The translations under genes were made by a program, and so were the position numbers. A stretch of 63,588 nt of DNA from a virus (lineage: Duplodnaviria; Caudoviricetes): the IMG/VR virus record IMGVR_UViG_3300045996_002625, positions 1 to 63,588 of that record; one strand, given 5' to 3'. How positions within the stretch are numbered: position 1 is the first letter of the stretch; the number at the start of each line of letters is the position of its first letter. Positions 58,098 to 63,588 of this stretch are shown one piece after another. The notes beneath the pieces were generated by a model that saw only the letters and a program-made list of their open reading frames with translations, made no database searches and was not told the DNA's origin.

Positions 58098-58898
58098 ATG
58101 AGCTACCACGTCTTCTTTTCTTTCAGCACATCATTTAGCAAAACACAGCGCGTTCCAAAGGGTACGCTGGAAAGAATATGGGACCGCATCAAATACACCG
58201 AAGAGACGCTCGGTCTGAAGCGCGAGTTGACCTACACACCCAAAGGGGAACCGCAGCGCCCCGGCTGGTATTGGCGCACACCAGCCGAGGACATGCTGTC
58301 GAAGGCAGGACCGAAGATTGATACCACGCTACAACAGTGGTGGATGGAGGATCGAAAGAGAGACGCCCGCATTGCCGCCATGGCGAATGCCGTACGCCTC
58401 CACAACGACGAGGTGCGCTGGCTTTATCGCGATCTCAGCGAATGGCAGAAGCGAAAATGGAAGCGGGGCGAGGCGGAACACATTACCGTAGATCAGTCGG
58501 TGGAGTTTTGGGGTGGACTACAAATCCTCGAGCTTCCGAGAGAGTTGTGGGACCGCGAGCACTACACCGATCACATGGAGCACCTCCACGAGTTGATTAC
58601 CACCGGAAGTAGCCGCGGAGTCTCGCTCGATTGCAAGCCTTTCAATGCGAAACAGGCGGGCGCGCTGATTATGCTGTTTGAGGACGAGATCGATCAATGG
58701 GGATTCGACGCCAGGTTCTCCATCCCGCTCGACGCGCGCCTCAAGCCATATGACGAAATCAGATCGTCATACGATGGCGGATACTACTGGTGTTCAAAGT
58801 GTGGCCCGATCCACAGCGACGATTTCCACGAGCGGTGCCGGGTGTGCCCTCACGCGAAGAAAGGCAAATGCGAGCTCAAGAACGAGCACCCGGCGTAG
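58098..58898 (+). CDS. Hypothetical protein with C-terminal Cys cluster
   Basis: 266 aa; WCSKCG..CRVCP..C. Confidence 0.65.
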   Translation: MSYHVFFSFSTSFSKTQRVPKGTLERIWDRIKYTEETLGLKRELTYTPKGEPQRPGWYWRTPAEDMLSKAGPKIDTTLQQWWMEDRKRDARIAAMANAVRLHNDEVRWLYRDLSEWQKRKWKRGEAEHITVDQSVEFWGGLQILELPRELWDREHYTDHMEHLHELITTGSSRGVSLDCKPFNAKQAGALIMLFEDEIDQWGFDARFSIPLDARLKPYDEIRSSYDGGYYWCSKCGPIHSDDFHERCRVCPHAKKGKCELKNEHPA

Positions 58899-58920
58899 TT
58901 CGAGGATTGAACTGAATCCG

Positions 58921-59418
58921 ATGACAAAAGCCCGCATCCGATACATCCGCGCGATCGCCGACCGAGGAATCGAATACGCCGACGTGCTCACGGAATGCCT
59001 CGACGAGATTGAGAGACTCCAGACCTTCACTCGCGCCGGCCGCGAGCCAACGCCCGATCCCGAGGAAACCCAAGATTTGCCGCCGGCAGCAAAGAACGGG
59101 AAGCAGCCGCCAGACCCACGCGTGAAGCAACTGATCGACGGATGGGCGATCTACTTTGAAAAGTTTCACCGCCTCAAATACCGAGTCCAAGGGGCAAAGG
59201 ACGGAGCCGCCGCCAAGCGCCTCGTGAAGCTCATGACCGTCGACGAAATCCTCGATATCGCATGGAACTCATGGCTGGCAAACACCGAGAGGCCCAACGT
59301 CTTCTGCCTCCGGCAAGCCCTGACCATCGCCGGATTCGACAGCCAACTCACCGCCATCCAAGTCGAGATCAAAAACATCCACCAGCCAAAGACCCCAGAA
59401 CCGCAATGCAAGCTATGA
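58921..59418 (+). CDS. Hypothetical protein (possible replication-initiator-like C-domain)
   Basis: KYRVQGAKDGAAAKRL helical domain. Confidence 0.45.
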   Translation: MTKARIRYIRAIADRGIEYADVLTECLDEIERLQTFTRAGREPTPDPEETQDLPPAAKNGKQPPDPRVKQLIDGWAIYFEKFHRLKYRVQGAKDGAAAKRLVKLMTVDEILDIAWNSWLANTERPNVFCLRQALTIAGFDSQLTAIQVEIKNIHQPKTPEPQCKL

Positions 59419-59621
59419 CCGACCGATTCGTGCGATCGCGATGGAGCGAAACCCGGCGCCAGATCGACGCTATGGCCAAAGGCGAAATCCTGACCTTCAA
59501 CGCGAGCCAATATTTCAACGCCAAGGCCAGCGTCGACCGCCTCAACGACGCCTACGTAGGGAAGAGGAAATGGAAACTCACCAGGAGCAAAAACACATCC
59601 ACGGTCACGCGCACTAAATGA
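59415..59621 (+). CDS. Small hypothetical protein
   Basis: Coupled ORF ending VTRTK. Confidence 0.55.
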   Translation: MTDRFVRSRWSETRRQIDAMAKGEILTFNASQYFNAKASVDRLNDAYVGKRKWKLTRSKNTSTVTRTK

Positions 59622-60928
59622 ACGACTGGATCAAAGTAATCTGCGGAGACGCCATAAAAGAACTCCATAAAATGGAAGCCACTAGCGTACAATGCGTCGT
59701 TACATCCCCACCGTACTGGGGGTTGCGGGATTATGGGTGCGCGGGGCAGATCGGGCTGGAGGCGACGCCGGAGGCCTTCGTGGCGCGGATGGTCGAGGTC
59801 TTCGAGCAAGTGCGCCGCGTGCTCAAGCCGGACGGGACGCTGTGGATGAATCTGGGGGATAGCTATGCGGCAGCCGCCGGCCAAGCCTCTCGAGGCGGCC
59901 CGCCTTCGTCGTCGTCCACGCTCGAAGGTAACGGCCACCGCGGGGGCGGTCCGAAACTCGCCGAGCTTCAGCGCGTTCGCCTAGGTAAGGACTGCGACCC
60001 GAAGCTGGGTCCCGCCTCTCCAGGTCAACCCTACCGACACGGGTCAAAAGGTCTGAAGCCGAAGGACCTGGTGGGGATGCCTTGGAGGGTGGCGTTTGCG
60101 CTGCAGGCGGCGGGGTGGTGGCTGCGCAGCGACATCATCTGGCACAAGCCCAACCCGATGCCCGAGAGCGTCACGGATCGGCCCACCAAAGCCCACGAGT
60201 ATCTCTTCCTGTTCACGAAGTCGGGAGAGCCGACGTTCTGGCAGCATCGCGACGGGCAGGAGGTTCGGAAGCAACCGCGCCCGGACTATCGGTGGATCGA
60301 TCACGTGACCGAGGCGGAACTGGACGCCCCACCTGAGAATTGGAAATCGGAGATGATCGTGTGTCCACAGTGCCTCGGCGCCGGCGTGGTGATGGTGGCC
60401 GCCGAGACGGACCTCTTCGGCAGCATGTACCCGACCCCGGTGGATTGCGCTCAGTGTCAGGGTGAAACCGGGCAGGAGGTTCACCGCTACGAACGGGTGA
60501 ATCTGTGGACCGCCCGGGATTACTACTACGACGCGGAGGCGATTGCGGAGCCAGTGGCGGAGGTCACATTGAATGATCGAGTGGATACCGGTCGCTTTCG
60601 TCCGGACCGTGGATTTCCTGGCGCCGCAAGCGCTGGCAATGGCCGACTCGGCGACAAGGATACTCGGAACAAGCGAACAGTGTGGACCGTTCCCACCGCA
60701 CCCTACAAGGAAGCCCATTTCGCGACGTTCCCTCCCGACCTGATCAAGCCCTGCATCCTCGCCGGCACGCGGCCCGGGGACGTGGTGCTCGATCCCTTCG
60801 GCGGCTCCGGGACGACGGGACAGGTGGCGCTGGAGTTGGGCCGGCGCGCGGTGTTGATCGAACTCAATCCGGAGTATGTGAAGCTGATCGAGCAGCGAAC
60901 ATCAACCACCCGCGGACTCGGATTATGA
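59618..60928 (+). CDS. Beta-class N4C/N6A DNA methyltransferase with Zn-ribbon insertion
   Basis: VTSPPYW; IIWHKPNPMPESV; HFATFP; VLDPFGGSGTTG. Confidence 0.95.
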   Translation: MNDWIKVICGDAIKELHKMEATSVQCVVTSPPYWGLRDYGCAGQIGLEATPEAFVARMVEVFEQVRRVLKPDGTLWMNLGDSYAAAAGQASRGGPPSSSSTLEGNGHRGGGPKLAELQRVRLGKDCDPKLGPASPGQPYRHGSKGLKPKDLVGMPWRVAFALQAAGWWLRSDIIWHKPNPMPESVTDRPTKAHEYLFLFTKSGEPTFWQHRDGQEVRKQPRPDYRWIDHVTEAELDAPPENWKSEMIVCPQCLGAGVVMVAAETDLFGSMYPTPVDCAQCQGETGQEVHRYERVNLWTARDYYYDAEAIAEPVAEVTLNDRVDTGRFRPDRGFPGAASAGNGRLGDKDTRNKRTVWTVPTAPYKEAHFATFPPDLIKPCILAGTRPGDVVLDPFGGSGTTGQVALELGRRAVLIELNPEYVKLIEQRTSTTRGLGL

Positions 60929-61242
60929 TCGAAAAGCCCCCATTCCGCAGCCCCTGCAACCACTGCGGAAAATGCTGCGAACTTGAAGTCTGCGACGCCG
61001 GCGTGGCGGCATTCAAAACCACCCATGCGCCCTGCCCCGGCATCATCCAGAAAGAGGACAAGAAGCTCTGCGGACTGGTTCTGATCGAGCAAGCGCTGGG
61101 CATCCCACCCCGTATCGCGCACGGCCTCGGGATCGGCGTCGGCTGCAGCATGCCCGACGAATTCACCATCGACGTCGAGATCGCCGTCTTCGACGCCCTC
61201 TCCGTCATCAAAACCAACGAACTCCACCCGATACCACGATGA
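60925..61242 (+). CDS. Cys-cluster (CxxCxxCC) protein
   Basis: PCNHCGKCC..C..CP..CGL. Confidence 0.65.
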   Translation: MIEKPPFRSPCNHCGKCCELEVCDAGVAAFKTTHAPCPGIIQKEDKKLCGLVLIEQALGIPPRIAHGLGIGVGCSMPDEFTIDVEIAVFDALSVIKTNELHPIPR

Positions 61243-61796
61243 AAACCAGCGCCCGACGATTCACTGGAAAATACGCCAACGATGGACCCGCAAGGCGACT
61301 CGCCGTTCGTGAATCCGCGGGACATCGCTGCATCCGATGTGGGCACCCATTCAAAAGCGGAGAGCACGGTAAGGGCGAGTGGAGCCCATGTGATGAGAAA
61401 TGCACGCACGGTGGCCCAATCCGGATTATCGTTGACCGCATTCCGAACATCGATCTGGGGCGATGGAAGGAAATCGAGGTTAAGTCTGGAACGGTTCAGT
61501 TCTATCGAAAGCATAGCATCGAAGTCCAAGCGCAATGGCGCATCCTTACCGTCCACCATCTCGACGGCCAAAAGGACAACGACGCATGGTGGAACACCCT
61601 GCCACTCTGCCAGCGATGCCACCTCGCCGTCCAAACGAAGGTAGATCCGAACACGCCCTACTTCCTCGAGCACAGCGAGTGGTTCAAACCGTACGTGGCT
61701 GGATTCTACGCCTTCAAATACGAAGGGAAGATGATCACACGCGAGGAGGCAGAAAACCGCCTCGACGAACTACTCGCTTACGAGCACCGAGGATGA
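61239..61796 (+). CDS. HNH-family nuclease
   Basis: RCIRCG..LTVHHLDGQKDN..N..LCQRCHL. Confidence 0.8.
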   Translation: MKTSARRFTGKYANDGPARRLAVRESAGHRCIRCGHPFKSGEHGKGEWSPCDEKCTHGGPIRIIVDRIPNIDLGRWKEIEVKSGTVQFYRKHSIEVQAQWRILTVHHLDGQKDNDAWWNTLPLCQRCHLAVQTKVDPNTPYFLEHSEWFKPYVAGFYAFKYEGKMITREEAENRLDELLAYEHRG

Positions 61797-61921
61797 AACG
61801 CAACCGCCGACGCCGACAGCGCATACTGCGCCTCGACTTCGCCACACCGGCGACGCCAGTCGACTACGATCGAGGCCGAAAGATGCTGCGCGAGGCCGTC
61901 GAAACACTCGAAAGAAAGTAC

Positions 61922-61949
61922 TTGCCCAACAACGGGGAATCCCGATAGT
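61922..61949 (+). promoter_or_regulatory. Conserved promoter/operator copy 7
   Basis: TTGCCC aacaacggggaatccc GATAGT. Confidence 0.75.
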
Positions 61950-61956
61950 CGAGCCA

Positions 61957-62100
61957 ATGATCGAAATCCTCATCGCCACCGCGATCACCTCCGCGATCAC
62001 CTTCCTCATCGGATGGAGGATCGGGCGGAACGCCGAGCGCAACCGCCAGGCGAATATCCGCAACCGCTACACGGAGTCGACCACCCGCCAACGCATCTAG
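61957..62100 (+). CDS. Small single-TM protein
   Basis: MIEILIATAITSAITFLIGW, 7 nt after the conserved -10 box. Confidence 0.5.
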   Translation: MIEILIATAITSAITFLIGWRIGRNAERNRQANIRNRYTESTTRQRI

Positions 62101-62114
62101 ACATCGCCACCCTC

Positions 62115-63047
62115 ATGACCACGCCAGCATCGCCATCCGCACTGTCTCCGGCCTCCCCATCAGCGCCGGCACCGCACCCCATCGCCCTCCCGACCGACCC
62201 GAAAGCCCTCGAGCGCCTCCGCATCATGCTCCCGGCGATTCTCGCCTCCCTGAGCATCGACGCGCTCTCTACCGACTACACGAAGCAATTCGAGGAATAC
62301 ACCGGCGCCGCCCTCGCCTTCAAGGAGCCGCCGACCAACGACGACGAGCAGGACGAAATCCTCGCCGCGCAGCGCAAGGTCGCCAAACTGCGCACGAACC
62401 TCCTGAAGCAGGGAGACGCCGCCAAGGCCGCGCTCAACGGCCCGAAGGATGAAATCCACGCCATGGTGAAGGCGGAGGAGGCGAAGCTCAAAAAGGTCGA
62501 ACTCCACTGCCAAGGCCTGACGAACAACTACCAGATGCACCTCCAGCGCCAGCGCGAGGAGGCAGAACGCCAGCAGGCCGCAGCCGCCCGCAAGGCGCAG
62601 CAAGAGCAGGCGGAGATCGAGCGTCAGCAGGCAGATGCCGAGCGCATCCGGAAGGAAGCGAAGAAGGCCGCCCAAGTGGATCCCAACGAAGCAAAGCGCC
62701 TCGCCGAAGAAGCGCAACGCCTCGAGGACGAAGCCTTCGCGAAAAGCCTTGAGATCACCCCAGTCGCCGCGCCGGCCGCGCCGCTCCCCGAGCCAAAGGC
62801 CCAAGTGGTCTACGACTTCACCCTCAACGGACGCACCGAGCACGAGAAGGGGCAGAACCTCTTGAAGTTGCTCGCCCAGCACCCCGAATTCTTCGCCACA
62901 CACGTCAAGGAAGGCGATGGCCGCGAATACACCATCAAGCTGCGCATCAGCGACGTCGTCGACGCCTGCAACGGAAATCCGCCCTTCGCCAAGCTGACCA
63001 GCGCACACGGCATCACGATCACCGAGCGCCTGAAGGCCCTCCGATAA
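62115..63047 (+). CDS. Coiled-coil recombination-module protein
   Basis: Long helical Ala/Glu/Gln-rich region; GITI C-terminus. Confidence 0.6.
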   Translation: MTTPASPSALSPASPSAPAPHPIALPTDPKALERLRIMLPAILASLSIDALSTDYTKQFEEYTGAALAFKEPPTNDDEQDEILAAQRKVAKLRTNLLKQGDAAKAALNGPKDEIHAMVKAEEAKLKKVELHCQGLTNNYQMHLQRQREEAERQQAAAARKAQQEQAEIERQQADAERIRKEAKKAAQVDPNEAKRLAEEAQRLEDEAFAKSLEITPVAAPAAPLPEPKAQVVYDFTLNGRTEHEKGQNLLKLLAQHPEFFATHVKEGDGREYTIKLRISDVVDACNGNPPFAKLTSAHGITITERLKALR

Positions 63048-63097
63048 CCCTTTGCCGCCCGCGGCAAATCCAGCAGAAAACCACAACCAGCATCATC

Positions 63098-63376
63098 ATG
63101 AAAATACCACGCATCGCAGTCCAATCCTCGCAGATCGCCGCCATCGGCTACGACAACGCCAGCCGCCAACTCGATCTCGAGTTCAAGAGCCACTCCAAGC
63201 CGAAGGAGGGGGCACCTCCTAAGCCCAACAGCGTCTACCGCTACCAGAACGTCCCGCCCGAGCTTCACCAGCGCCTCATCAGCGCCGAGAGCATCGGCAA
63301 GTTCTTCGGCGCCGAGATCAAGCCCTTCGCCGACCGCTACCCGTTCAAGAAGCTCACCGAGGCGGAACTGAACTGA
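63098..63376 (+). CDS. KTSC-domain protein
   Basis: VQSSQIAAIGYD..LEF..YRYQNVP..AESIGKFF..IK. Confidence 0.9.
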   Translation: MKIPRIAVQSSQIAAIGYDNASRQLDLEFKSHSKPKEGAPPKPNSVYRYQNVPPELHQRLISAESIGKFFGAEIKPFADRYPFKKLTEAELN

Positions 63377-63379
63377 CGG

Positions 63380-63588
63380 ATGGCCTACACCCCACGCGCC
63401 AACGCCGGGAGTCTTTTCCGGAACGACAAGAAAACTCAGGACTCACACCCGGATTACACCGGATCGGTCCTCGTCGACGGCATCGAATACTGGCTTGACG
63501 CGTGGGTGAAGGAGACAAAGAAGATCGACGAGAAAACCGGGAAACCCCGAAAGTTTTTCTCGCTATCATTCAGCAAAAAGAAGACTCA
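63380..63588 (+). CDS. ssDNA-binding-like protein, 5' part (continues across the junction to 308)
   Basis: [44 protein letters not shown]...FFSLSF is typical of small phage SSB/DUF736-like proteins. Confidence 0.7.
   Translation, partial: MAYTPRANAGSLFRNDKKTQDSHPDYTGSVLVDGIEYWLDAWVKETKKIDEKTGKPRKFFSLSFSKKKT
63462..63588. repeat. Terminal direct repeat, right copy
   Basis: Exact copy of 1-127; the length matches a k=127 assembler overlap. Confidence 0.97.

Larger units (their letters stand above)
4516..63068 (+). repeat. Dispersed 18-bp palindrome TTTGCCGC-SS-GCAGCAAA (12 copies)
   Basis: Copies start at about 4516, 9552, 14434 (ATTGC..GCAAT variant), 20250, 23553, 29338, 41881, 51451, 54365, 55242, 59076 and 63051 (GCGGCAAA variant). 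Confidence 0.9.

Noticed and set aside
4516-59093. LPPAA[K/N] as a shared protein motif
   Set aside because: The same DNA occurs between genes and in another frame (14434), so conservation is at the DNA level
60230-60520. Intein in the methyltransferase
   Set aside because: No intein terminal residues (C/S start, HN end)
4516-63068. Repeats as a CRISPR array
   Set aside because: Copies are kilobases apart with no regular spacers, and no cas genes were seen
928-63086. Long minus-strand ORFs (e.g. 928-2079, 22471-23718, 29401-30585, 45785-47254, 62160-63086)
   Set aside because: They are antisense shadows of GC-rich + strand genes, with no recognisable motifs

Overview
This window is an apparently complete, circularly assembled tailed-phage genome of about 63,461 bp; bases 1-127 recur at 63462-63588. 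Almost all genes lie on the + strand, tightly coupled and mostly without Shine-Dalgarno sites. The host is unknown, and a PVC-like host is only a guess. Recognisable modules are: (1) recombination/replication (SSB-like, annealing protein, RusA, ExoX-like, DnaB); (2) three DNA methyltransferases; (3) an LmbU-like regulator; (4) host-like auxiliary genes (acyl carrier protein, GroES, J-domain protein); (5) TerS/TerL and a podovirus-like head/tail block ending in a 3146-aa polyvalent protein; (6) a tRNA and structured non-coding region. No integrase, polymerase, primase or clear endolysin was recognised. The most interesting signals are: a holin-like cassette containing an intact response-regulator receiver and a membrane-anchored PAS protein with no kinase; a start-less SGNH esterase domain reachable only by a -1 shift at an A9 run, followed by an orphan second C-terminus; twelve same-orientation TTTGCCGCnnGCAGCAAA palindromes, some inside genes; seven promoters sharing one spacer operator; an overprinted ORF in the C5 methyltransferase; and a tRNA-like cloverleaf with a 4-nt anticodon loop. 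All family calls come from motif recognition by eye, not database searches.
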